The position numbers and the translations under genes are program-made. 64,000 nt of DNA from Polyangiales bacterium (GTDB lineage: Bacteria; Myxococcota_A; Polyangia; Polyangiales; JADJQN01), in assembly GCA_964202905.1 (NCBI GenBank), contig CAXNJO010000006.1:64001-128000 (forward strand), read 5' to 3'. Shown piece by piece: positions 20,510 through 33,142 of this stretch (the first letter of the stretch is position 1; each line of letters starts with the position of its first letter). Under the pieces are notes generated by a model, which saw only the letters and a list, made by a program, of their open reading frames with translations, did not search any database and was not told the origin of the DNA.

Positions 20510-23500
20510 ATGCGCGCGCGGCTGGTCCCGGTCGGATGGCTTCTCTCGGTCCTGCTCGCCGCGTGCGCGCCCGCGGGCGCGGGAGGCACGGACGGCGGGG
20601 GCGGGGACGCCGCGGGTCTCGACGCGACGGCACCGCCGACTCTCGACGCTGGCCGCGACGACGACGCGGGCAGCATGGTCGACCGTGATGCGGGCGGGAT
20701 GGTCGATACCGACGCAGGCGGGATGCCTGACGACGACGCGGGCGGGATGCCTGGCGACGACGCGGGCGGGATGGTCGAGGGCGACGCTGGCGGGATGCCT
20801 GACGACGACGCGGGCGGGATGGTCGAGAGCGACGCAGGCGGCATGGTCGACATCGACGCCGGTGCGCCTGCGCGGTGCGGCGACGGCGTCGTGACGGTCG
20901 GCGAGGCGTGCGACGACGGCAACGGGGTCGACACCGACGACTGCACCAACGACTGCACGCTCGGCGACTGCGCGCTCGACCCGGTGGGGCCCACGTGCGG
21001 CTACGTGCACGATGCGCCCCGCACGACGTCGACGGATTTTTCGTACCTGTATCGGCCGACGAATCACCGGCCGAACGAGACGTGGCCCGTGGCCTCCGCC
21101 CTGTGGCACCTCCGCGCCGGCGAATGGGCGGCGGAGTGGAACGAGCAGACGGCGACCTTCGCGCACTTCGGCCGGACCCCGACGGCGCTCGCCTACGGGG
21201 ACCGGGAGGCCGATCCCGCCGCGGCGATCGGCGCGCGACCGGCGCTCCGCACGGCGTTCGCGATCACCCGCGGGAGCGCGCGGGCCACTGCGGATGGCTT
21301 CTGGGGCACGGGCCGCGACGCGACGCACCGCAGCCGCATCGTCGAGGGCGGGCGGTTCCTCAATCGCCTCTGGACGCCGACGGTGGAGTACGGCACGGAC
21401 ACGAGCGTCCGAGGCGAGATCGAGCTGGCGGCCATGCCGCGCCACGTCGTGCTCACGCATCGGGTGCGCTCGGATGCGTGGCCGGCGAGCCCGGTCGGCG
21501 CGGAGGTGCGGCTGGGCGGGGACGCGATCGCGGGGCTCGACCTCGACGCGATCGACTGGCGGGTCCCGGGGCGCGTGGCGCGCGTCACGGACGGCGCCGG
21601 CGTCGGGCTGCTGATCGCGGTCCAGGAGGTCGCCGGGGCGTCGTCGAGCCTGGTCCGGGAGGGCAACGAGCTCGTGGCGCGTCGCGTGTGGGCCGTGCCG
21701 ACGGCGGGGCTCGTCGCCTCGGTGTCGGTCGTGGTCGTGCCGGTCGCTGGGGCGCGCGAGAGCTGGGAGGCGCTCTACGAAGACCCCGCCGCCGTGAGCG
21801 TCCGGTATCAGCTGCTCGACCGCGCGGGCGCCTCCGTGGGGGCCGGCGTGGTCGCCGCGTGGGACGAGACGCTCGGGGCCTACCGCGTGCCGCTCGGCAC
21901 GCTGCGCGCGTCGGGGGCGCCGGGCACGCCCGACTGGACGATGGACGCGACGCACACCTGGTACGGCCGCCATCGCCTCGTGATCGACAGCGCCTTGCCC
22001 GCGCCCGCGCCGGTGCCGCTCGTGATGGGCGCGAGCCCCGGGCTCGTCTGGAACATCACGGGCGGCGTGCCGATCGTCCGCGACGAGGCGGGCGTGTCCC
22101 TCGGCTGGCCGCTGCAGGCCTCGAAGAACTGGCACGCGGGACCGGACAACTTCTTCCGCGTCGTGGCGCACCCGACCTTCGTGGCGGCGGGGCCGGTGAC
22201 GGTGGAGCTCACGATGGCGAGCGCCCGCTGGGGACGCCCCTGGGCGGCGTCGCACGCGCAGCTGAGTCTCGTCGGCTGGAGCGCCGCGGGCGGCCGCTGG
22301 GACGAGTCCGCGATCGGCTGTTTCGGCGAGTCGGTCACGTTCGATCCCGACCAGACGTTGCAGCGCGCGATGATGGACGACGTGCGCCCCGTGCTCGTCC
22401 GCTCGGACCGCGCGTGGAGCTGGACGGGCAACGTCGGCGGCGCGGATTTCCTGCAGTACCGCGACGTGGCCCACGATTACTGGGCGCGGCGGCTGCAAGG
22501 CGTGCGCGTCACGCAGGACGCCCCCGGGCCCCTGCTCACCGATGTCCGCTACGAGGGCGTGTCGTCGGACGGTCGCATCCAGGGTTCGGTGCGCGTGCGG
22601 CTCGCCGCGTCGGACGACCTCGTGCGTCAGTTCATGGACTTCCGATACACGTTCTTGAGTGACGTCGACTACACGCGTCTCGCCTTCTTCCAGGTCGCGG
22701 CCGACAACTATTCGGACAATGGATTCGCGCACGTGGCGTGGGGCAACGTCGATGGCGTGACGGGCTCGAGAGACGTCACCGATCATCGGACGACGGGATA
22801 CGCGTCGGATGGCGAGCGAGGGATTCCCGTCCCCGGCGCCGAGCCCTGGGTGATGCTCTACGACAACCGGCGTGTCGGCGAGACGCTGCCCGAGGAGTTC
22901 GCGGATCTCGGCTTCGTGATTCGGGACTACGAGGCGCGCGTCGGCGACACGGTCGTCACCGAGCCGCACATCAACGTGCGCCAGTCCAACAACGGTCGTT
23001 CGCAGCTGGGCGTGGAGGTCGGGCTCCCGGACGAGCCGATGTCGGCGTGGTGCGGCGCGTCCTGCGCCGGACGCGCCCGCTTCGTGCCGGCGGGCAGCAC
23101 CGTCGCGTTCACGGTCGAGTACGTCGTGCTGCCGGCGGACCCGACGCGGTACTACGGGCCGAGCGACTGGATCCGGGCCCTGCCGCCGAGCGCCTTCCGC
23201 TCGCCCGCGATGATGACCCACGTGGCCCGCGAAGGGGCCGTGACGGTCGAGGCGCACCGGGGCGTGCGCGTGGGCGATGCCCCCGTCACCGTCACGGCCG
23301 ATCGCGGCCCCGTCGCCGCGGAGTTCACCCTGACGGGCGGGCTCGGTTTCGTGCCGGTGACCGTCGTCGGGCTCCCGCGCCCCGATGGGTGGGTGCTCGA
23401 GCGCGAGGCAGCCGGGAGCTGGACGCCGGAGCCGGTGGAGGTCGAGGGCGGCGACGGAGTGCAGTCGTTCTGGGATCCGGTGCGCGCGCACTTCGCGCTG

Positions 23501-23557
23501 ACCTGGAGCGTCCCGAACCGCGGCCGCGCGCGGTATCGCGTGCGCTGGCAGCCCTGA
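20510..23557 (+). CDS. Large lipoprotein: DAGGM repeat linker, DUF4215-like Cys repeat and an uncharacterised ~850-aa beta-rich region
   Basis: ATG at 20510 and lipobox LAAC. Eight 8-aa repeats, then CGDGVVTVGEACDDGN-x-D-x-DDCTNDC. The upstream part of the track ORF (from 18767) is the antisense shadow of argB and its neighbour. Confidence 0.8.
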   Translation: MRARLVPVGWLLSVLLAACAPAGAGGTDGGGGDAAGLDATAPPTLDAGRDDDAGSMVDRDAGGMVDTDAGGMPDDDAGGMPGDDAGGMVEGDAGGMPDDDAGGMVESDAGGMVDIDAGAPARCGDGVVTVGEACDDGNGVDTDDCTNDCTLGDCALDPVGPTCGYVHDAPRTTSTDFSYLYRPTNHRPNETWPVASALWHLRAGEWAAEWNEQTATFAHFGRTPTALAYGDREADPAAAIGARPALRTAFAITRGSARATADGFWGTGRDATHRSRIVEGGRFLNRLWTPTVEYGTDTSVRGEIELAAMPRHVVLTHRVRSDAWPASPVGAEVRLGGDAIAGLDLDAIDWRVPGRVARVTDGAGVGLLIAVQEVAGASSSLVREGNELVARRVWAVPTAGLVASVSVVVVPVAGARESWEALYEDPAAVSVRYQLLDRAGASVGAGVVAAWDETLGAYRVPLGTLRASGAPGTPDWTMDATHTWYGRHRLVIDSALPAPAPVPLVMGASPGLVWNITGGVPIVRDEAGVSLGWPLQASKNWHAGPDNFFRVVAHPTFVAAGPVTVELTMASARWGRPWAASHAQLSLVGWSAAGGRWDESAIGCFGESVTFDPDQTLQRAMMDDVRPVLVRSDRAWSWTGNVGGADFLQYRDVAHDYWARRLQGVRVTQDAPGPLLTDVRYEGVSSDGRIQGSVRVRLAASDDLVRQFMDFRYTFLSDVDYTRLAFFQVAADNYSDNGFAHVAWGNVDGVTGSRDVTDHRTTGYASDGERGIPVPGAEPWVMLYDNRRVGETLPEEFADLGFVIRDYEARVGDTVVTEPHINVRQSNNGRSQLGVEVGLPDEPMSAWCGASCAGRARFVPAGSTVAFTVEYVVLPADPTRYYGPSDWIRALPPSAFRSPAMMTHVAREGAVTVEAHRGVRVGDAPVTVTADRGPVAAEFTLTGGLGFVPVTVVGLPRPDGWVLEREAAGSWTPEPVEVEGGDGVQSFWDPVRAHFALTWSVPNRGRARYRVRWQP
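20645..20863 (+). repeat. 24-bp coding tandem repeat (DAGGMxxx about x8)
   Basis: DAGSMVDR-DAGGMVDT-DAGGMPDD-DAGGMPGD-DAGGMVEG-DAGGMPDD-DAGGMVES-DAGGMVDI. Confidence 0.9.
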
Positions 23558-23642
23558 GCGAGCGCGTGGCGTGTCGTCGGCGTGCGCCGGACGATGCGCG
23601 ACCCGGGGGGCAACGGAGCGCGGCGTGTGGGTGTACACGCGC

Positions 23643-25049
23643 GTGACCGCACGCCAGACTCCGCGCGTGTGTCGCCCCGCCCCGCTCCGCGCCCGCCGCA
23701 TCTCCGCGCTCGCGTCGTTGTCCGTGCTCGTCGCGCTCGCCGCATGCGGTGACGACGCGGCGCCTCCCGTGGATGCGGGCCCGCCCGACGCGCCCGCGCT
23801 CTGCGTCTTCGACGAGGACTGCGACGACGGGGTCTTCTGCAACGGCGCCGAGGCGTGCCTGCGCAGCGCGAGCGCGGGGCCGGACGGCTGCGCGCCTGCG
23901 CCCGCTGCGCGCTGCCTCCCGCTCGAGCTCTGCCTCGAGGCCGAGCAGCGCTGCGCGACCGACTGCGCGCTCGGGGCCGACGCCGATGGAGACGGGCACG
24001 ATGCCATCTCGTGCGGTGGTGACGATTGCGACGACGGTGACGCGCGCATCTCACCGGACGCGACCGAGACGTGCGACGGAGAGGGGCGCGACGAGGACTG
24101 CGACCCGTCGACGCTCGCGGGCGACGAGGGCGACGGGGACGGCGACGGGGCCGTGCGCGCGGCCTGCTGCAACGCGCAGCCCGACGGCGCGCTCCGCTGC
24201 GGCGACGACTGCGCCGACGCCGAGCCCGGCATCGGGCCGGGCGCTGTGGAGGTCTGCAACCGCCTCGACGACGACTGCGACGGGCGCGTCGACGAGGAGG
24301 GCGGGACCGTCTTCTACGCGGACGCCGACCGCGACGGCTACGGCGACGCCGCGCGCCCCGCGGCGACGGGCTGCCGCGCGCCGGCGGGCACGTCCGCGGA
24401 CGCGCGCGACTGTGACGACGGCGACGCGGCCGTGTCGCCGGGCGCGCGCGAGGTCTGCGACGGAGACGACGAGACCTGCGACGCGCGCAGCGACGAGGGG
24501 TGTCCGACGGGCGCGCTGCGCTTCGTCGACGGCGCCGCCGGTCCGGGCACGGCGGGGAGCGGGAGCATCTTCTTCGACGACCGTTGCCCGGAGGGACACG
24601 CGCTCGTCGGCGTCGCGGCGGCCGTCGACGCGGGGGGCACGGCGAGCGCGGTCGCCGGGCTGTGCGCGCCCGTGACGGTCGTGGCCGACGAGGCGACGCG
24701 CCCGTGGTCGTATGTGTCCGGCGTCGGCGCGGGGCTGCGGCTCGCGGTGCGCGGCGCGGAGGCGGCGCTCGACGAGGCGCGCTGCCCGCCGGGCGCGGTC
24801 GCGGTGTCGATCGGGCCGGGGCTCGCGCTCGGTTGCGCGGCGCTCGGCGTCGAGCGTGCGGCCGACGGCTACGCGCTCTTGCGCGCACCGCCCGAGGGCA
24901 TGGCGGGCCCGGGCGGCGGCACGCCCGCGGGCAGCTTCGCGTGTCCGCCGCGCGAGGTCGCGGTCGGGCTCTTCGGCTACGCGGGGGCGGGCGCGCTCGG
25001 CGTCGACGGAATCCGCTGCGGATCGCCCGTGCTCACGGTTCGGGATTGA
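23643..25049 (+). CDS. Lipoprotein with putative metal-binding (Cu-binding_MopE-type) Cys/Asp repeats and a C-terminal Cys-containing beta domain
   Basis: Lipobox LAAC. Three DCDD-x-D-x-I/V-x-PGA-x-E-x-CD/N-x-D-x-D-x-CD repeats and DADGDG motifs. Start uncertain (GTG at 23643). Confidence 0.8.
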   Translation: MTARQTPRVCRPAPLRARRISALASLSVLVALAACGDDAAPPVDAGPPDAPALCVFDEDCDDGVFCNGAEACLRSASAGPDGCAPAPAARCLPLELCLEAEQRCATDCALGADADGDGHDAISCGGDDCDDGDARISPDATETCDGEGRDEDCDPSTLAGDEGDGDGDGAVRAACCNAQPDGALRCGDDCADAEPGIGPGAVEVCNRLDDDCDGRVDEEGGTVFYADADRDGYGDAARPAATGCRAPAGTSADARDCDDGDAAVSPGAREVCDGDDETCDARSDEGCPTGALRFVDGAAGPGTAGSGSIFFDDRCPEGHALVGVAAAVDAGGTASAVAGLCAPVTVVADEATRPWSYVSGVGAGLRLAVRGAEAALDEARCPPGAVAVSIGPGLALGCAALGVERAADGYALLRAPPEGMAGPGGGTPAGSFACPPREVAVGLFGYAGAGALGVDGIRCGSPVLTVRD

Positions 25050-25101
25050 GGCCGAGCGTGCTACATGTGCGCAGATGCACGGGGTTTCCGGGGAGCGGTC
25101 G

Positions 25102-26330
25102 ATGACCAACGAAGAGCTCGTCGCGCTCGCGAAGCGCTCGCTGCTCGGCAACTACAAGCAGCCGCCGTTCGTGCTCGTGCGCGGCGAGGGGAGCCGCGTC
25201 GAGGACGCCGATGGGCGCCGTTACCTCGACCTCGCGGCGGGCATCGCCGTCTGCGCGCTCGGGCACGCGCACCCCGCGCTCGCGGACGCCGTCGCGGCGC
25301 AGGCGCGGCGCCTCGTCCACACCTCGAACCTCTTCTACAACGAGCCCTCCGTGCGCCTCGCGGACGCGCTCACGCGGCGCACGGGCTTCGACAAGGTCTT
25401 CTTCTGCAACAGCGGCACCGAGGCCAACGAGGCGCTGCTCAAGCTGGCGCGCCGCTGGCACTACGACCGCGGCGACCGCGAGCGCGTCGAGCTCGTCGCG
25501 ACGCACAACAGCTTCCACGGCCGCACGATGGGCGCGCTCAGCGTCACCGGTCAGCCGAAGTACCACCAGGGCATGGAGCCGCTCGTCGGGGGCGTGCGCT
25601 TCGTCGACTACGGCGACCTCGACGCGGTGCGCGCGGTCGTCGGGCCGCGCACGGCGGCCGTCATCGTCGAGCCGATCCAGGCGGAGGGCGGCATCGTCGT
25701 CGGCACCGACGCGTGGCTCGCGGGGCTCCGCGACGTCTGCGACGCGCACGGCGCGCTGCTGCTCTTCGACGAGATCCAGACGGGCTACGCGCGCACGGGG
25801 ACCTTCCTCTGCCGCGAGCAGAGCGGGGTCTGGCCCGACGCCACCTCGCTCGCGAAGGGCATCGCCGGGGGCTTCCCGCTCGGCGCGCTGCTCGTCTCGG
25901 CGAAGGTCGCCGGCGGCCTGCCGCCCGGCTCGCATGGGACGACCTTCGGCGGCAACCCGGTGGCGTGCGCGGCGGGCCTCGCGATCCTCGAGGTGTTCGA
26001 CGCCGAGGGCGTGCTCGAGCGCGTGAACCGCGAGGGCGCGCACCTCGGTGAGCGGCTCGCGGCCCTCGCCGCCGACGCGACGTTGCCGGCGGCGTCCGAG
26101 TCCCGCGGCAAGGGCCTGCTCCGCGGTCTCCGCGTCGCGCAGGGCTACGACCCGCTCGCCGTCCTCGCGCAGATCCGCGCCGAGGGCGTGCTGCTCTCGA
26201 TCGCGGGCGGGGACGTGCTGCGCTTCTCGCCGTCTCTGCTCGTCACGCGCGACGAGCTCGACGAGGGCCTCGACGTCGTCGAGCGCGTCCTGCGCGCCGC
26301 CGTGCCCGTGGCCCCGGCGGGGGGCGCACC

Positions 26331-26334
<4 letters not shown>
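25102..26334 (+). CDS. argD: Acetylornithine aminotransferase
   Basis: Motifs YLDLAAGIAV, FCNSGTEANE, SFHGRT, EPIQAEGG, FDEIQTG, AKGIAGG and HGTTFGGNP; GTGA overlap with argF. Confidence 0.95.
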
Positions 26335-27263
<929 letters not shown>

Positions 27264-27270
27264 CGGCGCG

Positions 27271-28992
27271 ATGTCGAGCGACCTCTCCAAGCGGGTCCCC
27301 ACCCTGGTCGCGGGCGTCGATGTCCGCGCGCTGCCGCTCGGTGCGCTCGAGGGCTTCCTGTTGTCGCGCATCGATGGCGCGCTCGATCTCGGGGAGCTCG
27401 GCGAGGTGACCGGGCTCGGCACGGGCGCCGTGAGCGACCTCGTCGAGCGGCTCGTGTCGCTCGGCGCCGCCGCGTGGAAGGGCGAGACGCAGGCCGCCGG
27501 GACGCAGCGTGCAGCGCCGCAGGGGGCAGCGCCGCAGGGCGTCGTACCCGAGCGCTCCTTCGGGCGCCCGCGCGCCCCGACGCCGACGGGCACCGCGACG
27601 CCATCCGGGCGCGGCGCGCCTTCGCCTCCCGAGGGCAGCCGCCGCGCGAACCCCGTGCCGCCCGGCGTGCCGCGCGCGCTCTACGACCCGATCGAGCTCG
27701 ACGATTACGTCGATCTCGAGCTCGTGCGCCGCCGGCAGATCCTCGACACCTACTACCAGCTCGAGGTGCTCAGCTTCTATCAGCTGCTCGGGGTCGCGCA
27801 GGACGCGGACAAGCAGGCCGTGCGCGCGGCGTATTTCCAGCTCTCGCGCGTGTTCCACCCGGACACGATGTTCCGGAAGCGCCTCGGCTCCTACAAGCCG
27901 AAGATGGAGGCGATCTTCCGGCGTCTGACCGAGGCCTACCAGGTGCTCGGCAAGCCGAAGACGCGCGCGGCCTACGACGAGTACCTCGTCATCCAGCAGG
28001 TCACGCAGGTCACGCAGCGCGAGCTCGCGGCCGGGGAGCAGGTCGCCGCGCGCGCCGCCGCGCGGGCCGGGGCGACGCCGGCCCACGGCATATCGGCCGT
28101 CCCGCGGTCCCACGTCGTCCCGCCGCCTCCGGTCACGCCCGCCACGACGCCTCCCCCGCCGCGCGCGTCCTTTCCGCCGCCCGTCGCGCCCGCGTCGACG
28201 CCTTCGCCCGTCGCGCCTGCGGCGTCCGCCTCCGAGCGCCCGGCGCCGACGGAGGCGAAGCGGCGCCGCGCGCAAGCGCTGCAGCAGTTCCGCCTCCGCG
28301 GCCTCGGGCGCGACCTCGGGATCGGCGCCCCGTCCGGGCCGACGCCGACCTCGACCGCGTCGGCTGCGCGCCGGCCATCGGGGCCGCCCCCCGCGCCGGA
28401 TCCGCAGGTGCAGGCGGCGCGTGAGGGGGTCGGGCGCGGGCTGGTTCAGGCGCTTCAGCAGACGGCGCAGATCACGGGCGGCACGGATCTCGTGGCACGG
28501 CACCTCGCCGACGGCCTGCGCGCCGAGCGCAACGGCAAGCTCGTCGAGGCGGTCAACGCGTTCAACCTCGCGCGCGCCATCGCCCCCGACCGGGAAGACG
28601 TCGCCCACGAGCACGCGCGCGTGCGGCGGCTGCTCGCCGTGGATCTCGCCGACCACTACGTGAAGCAGGCCGCCTACGAAGAGCGGAACGGCAAGTGGGG
28701 GCAGGCCGCGCTCTCGTGGGCGCGCGTCTGCGAGGGGCGCCCGGAGGACCGCGAGGCCCACCGGCGCACGGCCGAGGCGCTCCTCCGCTCGAACGGCGAC
28801 CTGCACCGCGCGCGCTCGTACGCGCAGCGGGCGGTCGAGCTCGGTCCCGACGAGGCGGCGCCGCGCTCGTTGCTCGGTCGCGTCTTCTACGCCGCGGGCC
28901 TGCGCCTCAACGCGAAGCGCGAGCTCGAGCATGCCGCGAGGCTAGACCCCAGCGACGAACTCGTGAAGAATCTCCTCCGCGAACTCAAGTGA
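27271..28992 (+). CDS. J-domain (HPD) protein with an N-terminal winged-helix-like domain, a Pro-rich linker and C-terminal TPRs
   Basis: J domain FYQLLGV...[15 protein letters not shown]...LTEAYQVLG...RAAYD; N-terminal GFLLSRIDG domain; TPR-like C-terminus. Confidence 0.88.
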   Translation: MSSDLSKRVPTLVAGVDVRALPLGALEGFLLSRIDGALDLGELGEVTGLGTGAVSDLVERLVSLGAAAWKGETQAAGTQRAAPQGAAPQGVVPERSFGRPRAPTPTGTATPSGRGAPSPPEGSRRANPVPPGVPRALYDPIELDDYVDLELVRRRQILDTYYQLEVLSFYQLLGVAQDADKQAVRAAYFQLSRVFHPDTMFRKRLGSYKPKMEAIFRRLTEAYQVLGKPKTRAAYDEYLVIQQVTQVTQRELAAGEQVAARAAARAGATPAHGISAVPRSHVVPPPPVTPATTPPPPRASFPPPVAPASTPSPVAPAASASERPAPTEAKRRRAQALQQFRLRGLGRDLGIGAPSGPTPTSTASAARRPSGPPPAPDPQVQAAREGVGRGLVQALQQTAQITGGTDLVARHLADGLRAERNGKLVEAVNAFNLARAIAPDREDVAHEHARVRRLLAVDLADHYVKQAAYEERNGKWGQAALSWARVCEGRPEDREAHRRTAEALLRSNGDLHRARSYAQRAVELGPDEAAPRSLLGRVFYAAGLRLNAKRELEHAARLDPSDELVKNLLRELK

Positions 28993-29035
28993 GCGTGCGC
29001 GGCGCGCGCGCCCAGTGAAGGACCACGGCACACCC

Positions 29036-30860
<1,825 letters not shown>

Positions 30861-30863
30861 GCC

Positions 30864-31622
30864 ATGACCCCGCGCGGTGACGACCCCGAGCACCCGACCC
30901 CCGGCGCGCCGCCCCCCGGCCGCGCCGCACCGGTCGGCGTGTCCGACGACTCCGATCCCGAGGTCGCGGTCATGCCGCTGCGCCTGCCCGAGGAGTCCGC
31001 GTCGTCGTCGGCGCGGCGCATCTCGTTTCCGCCCCCGCCCTCGCTGCGCGCGCCCGCGCCGGACAGCAGCGCCCCTGACGGTTGGGCGGTCGAGCGTCTC
31101 TCGGTCACCACGTCGCCGCCTCCGCCACGTCGCCCCGTGCGGCCGACCCGCAACCACCGCGTCGCGCGCGGTCATTCCGAGGAGCAGCCGGCACGCCACG
31201 GGAACGCCCTCGACCTCGTCGATCGGAGCCCGACCGTGCTCCCGCTCGTCGACCTCACGAGCGAGATGAGCGACCGCTTCGAGCTCGGCGACTTCTCGGG
31301 GGCGCTCGTCGCCGCGGAGATGCTCCTCGCGCGCGATCCGGGTGATGCGGTCGCGCAGTCCTGCGCGGCCTCGTCGCGCGAGCGGCTCGAGCAGATCTAC
31401 GCGTCGCGGATCGGCTCGCTCACGCGGGTGCCGATGGTCGCCGTGCGCGACGTGGATCTCCGCTGGCTCGGGCTCGATCACCGCGCGGGCTTCCTGCTCT
31501 CGCGCATCGACGGCCACGCCTCGCTCGACGAGGTGCTCGACGTGAGCGGCATGCCGCGCCTCGAGGCGCTTCGCACGCTCGTCGACCTCTGTGAGGCGGG
31601 CGCGCTCACCTTCGACGCCTGA
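30864..31622 (+). CDS. Hypothetical protein: disordered N-terminus, short helical hairpin and C-terminal GFLLSRIDG winged-helix-like domain
   Basis: Starts 3 nt after the dnaK stop. Its C-terminal domain aligns by eye with the N-terminus of the J protein at 27271. Confidence 0.8.
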   Translation: MTPRGDDPEHPTPGAPPPGRAAPVGVSDDSDPEVAVMPLRLPEESASSSARRISFPPPPSLRAPAPDSSAPDGWAVERLSVTTSPPPPRRPVRPTRNHRVARGHSEEQPARHGNALDLVDRSPTVLPLVDLTSEMSDRFELGDFSGALVAAEMLLARDPGDAVAQSCAASSRERLEQIYASRIGSLTRVPMVAVRDVDLRWLGLDHRAGFLLSRIDGHASLDEVLDVSGMPRLEALRTLVDLCEAGALTFDA

Positions 31623-31641
31623 CGGCGCGGCGCACGCGCGG

Positions 31642-31693
31642 CTGCGGGCCGCAAGTTCGCCTGCGGGCCGCACGTCCGCCTGCGGTCCACATC
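31642..31693. promoter_or_regulatory. Three 19-bp tandem units with a palindromic TGCGG-G-CCGCA core; possible operator array
   Basis: Units ctgcgggccgcaagttcgc, ctgcgggccgcacgtccgc and ctgcggtccacatc, upstream of an AT-rich tgttaaactt and the CNNM gene. Confidence 0.4.
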
Positions 31694-31742
31694 GCGTGCC
31701 GGGGATCGCGCGCGGCGCGAAGCGTGTTAAACTTGCGGCCTC

Positions 31743-33056
31743 GTGCCTCCAAGTATGCTCTTCGCCGTGGGCGTTCCCGGGCTCCTGTTGCTCGGCGCGG
31801 CGTTCTCGGCGGTGGACGCGGCGCTCGTCGAACTCGGGGACGTCCCTGCCCGCGCCGTGCGCGAGGAGGGCGGCGAGCTCGCGCGCACGGCAGGGCGTCT
31901 GCTCGATCACGGGGTCGCGATCCACGCGCGGCTGCTCGCGGGGCGCGTCGTGTGCATCTCGTCGGCGGCGATGCTCGCGGCGCGCGCCATCGAGAGCACG
32001 CACCCGGGCCCGCTTCTGCTCGTGCTGCTCGCCGTGGTGCTCTTCTACGGCGCGCTCGTCGAGGTGCTCAGCACCTTCACGCGCAAGTACGCGCTGCGGC
32101 TCGCGCTCCCGCTGCTCCGCTGGTTCCGCCCGCTCGAGACGCTGATGGTGCCCGTGGCCGTGCCGCTCGCGGGGATCGGCGCGCTCGTCGATCGGCTCAT
32201 CCCCGCGCCGCGCCAGCAGAGCGCCGCGGACGCCGAGAAGATGGCCGACCTCGAGGTCGAGAGCGTCATCGACCAGGCCGAGGAGAGCGGGGCGATCATG
32301 CGCTCGCACGCCGACCTGCTCCGCGGCGTGCTCGAGTTCAAGGACACCATCGCGGCGGAGATCATGATCCCGCGCACGCAGGTCGTCGCGATCGAGCAGG
32401 ACATGCCGTTCGCGGCGGTCCTCGACCTCGTCAAGGAGGCGGGACACAGCCGCTATCCCGTGTACCGCGGGCGCCCGGACCAGGTCGTCGGGATGCTCTA
32501 CGCGAAGGATCTCTTCCGCGTCGAGCGCGAGGGCACGACGCACGCGACGGGCTCGATCGCGGCGCTCGTGCGCGCGCCCGCGTTCTTCATCGCCGAGACC
32601 CAGAAGATCGGCGACCTGCTCCGGCAGATGCAGGTCAAGCGCATCCACCTCGCGGTCGTCGTCGACGAGTTCGGCGGGACGGCCGGCATCGTCACGCTCG
32701 AGGACATCCTCGAGGAGATCGTCGGCGACATCCACGACGAGCACGACAGCGACGAGCCGCGCGTCACGGAGATCGCGCCGGGACGCTACCTCGTGGACGC
32801 CTCGCTCTCGGTCGACGATCTCCGCGAGGCGCTCTCGGTCGAGCTGCCCGAGGGCGACGGCGCCTACCGCTCGGTGGGCGGGATGGTGGTCGAGGTCGCG
32901 GGGCGCGTGCCCGCCGAGAACGAGACCGTCACGATCGGCGAGCTCGACATCATCGTGCGGGATGCGGACCGTCGCCGCGTGCGACACGTCGAGGTCGTGC
33001 GGCGCGTGCGCGATGAGGCCGACGAGGCGTCGCCGAGCGAGAACGCCGCGCACTGA
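31743..33056 (+). CDS. Hemolysin/CNNM family protein (DUF21 + CBS pair + CorC domain)
   Basis: N-terminal TM segments; motifs IMIPRTQV, GHSRYPVY and VVDEFGGTAGIVTLEDILEEIVGDIHDEHD; CorC_HlyC C-terminus. Confidence 0.92.
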   Translation: MPPSMLFAVGVPGLLLLGAAFSAVDAALVELGDVPARAVREEGGELARTAGRLLDHGVAIHARLLAGRVVCISSAAMLAARAIESTHPGPLLLVLLAVVLFYGALVEVLSTFTRKYALRLALPLLRWFRPLETLMVPVAVPLAGIGALVDRLIPAPRQQSAADAEKMADLEVESVIDQAEESGAIMRSHADLLRGVLEFKDTIAAEIMIPRTQVVAIEQDMPFAAVLDLVKEAGHSRYPVYRGRPDQVVGMLYAKDLFRVEREGTTHATGSIAALVRAPAFFIAETQKIGDLLRQMQVKRIHLAVVVDEFGGTAGIVTLEDILEEIVGDIHDEHDSDEPRVTEIAPGRYLVDASLSVDDLREALSVELPEGDGAYRSVGGMVVEVAGRVPAENETVTIGELDIIVRDADRRRVRHVEVVRRVRDEADEASPSENAAH

Positions 33057-33068
33057 CCCCGGCGCCGT

Positions 33069-33140
33069 GGGGCCGCGCGTTGGCGGGCCGCGCGCCGGTG
33101 GGCCGCGCAGCGAGGGGCCTGCCGCCGCGGGGCCGGATGC
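33069..33140. repeat. Degenerate 15-bp tandem repeat (gggccgcgcg core, about x5) between convergent genes
   Basis: Units ggggccgcgcgttgg, cgggccgcgcgccgg, tgggccgcgcagcga, ggggcctgccgccgc and ggggccggatgc. Confidence 0.6.
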
Positions 33141-33142
33141 CG

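Noticed and set aside
20645..20863. Regular 24-bp repeats as a possible CRISPR array
   Set aside because: They are in-frame coding repeats with no unique spacers, and there are no cas genes.
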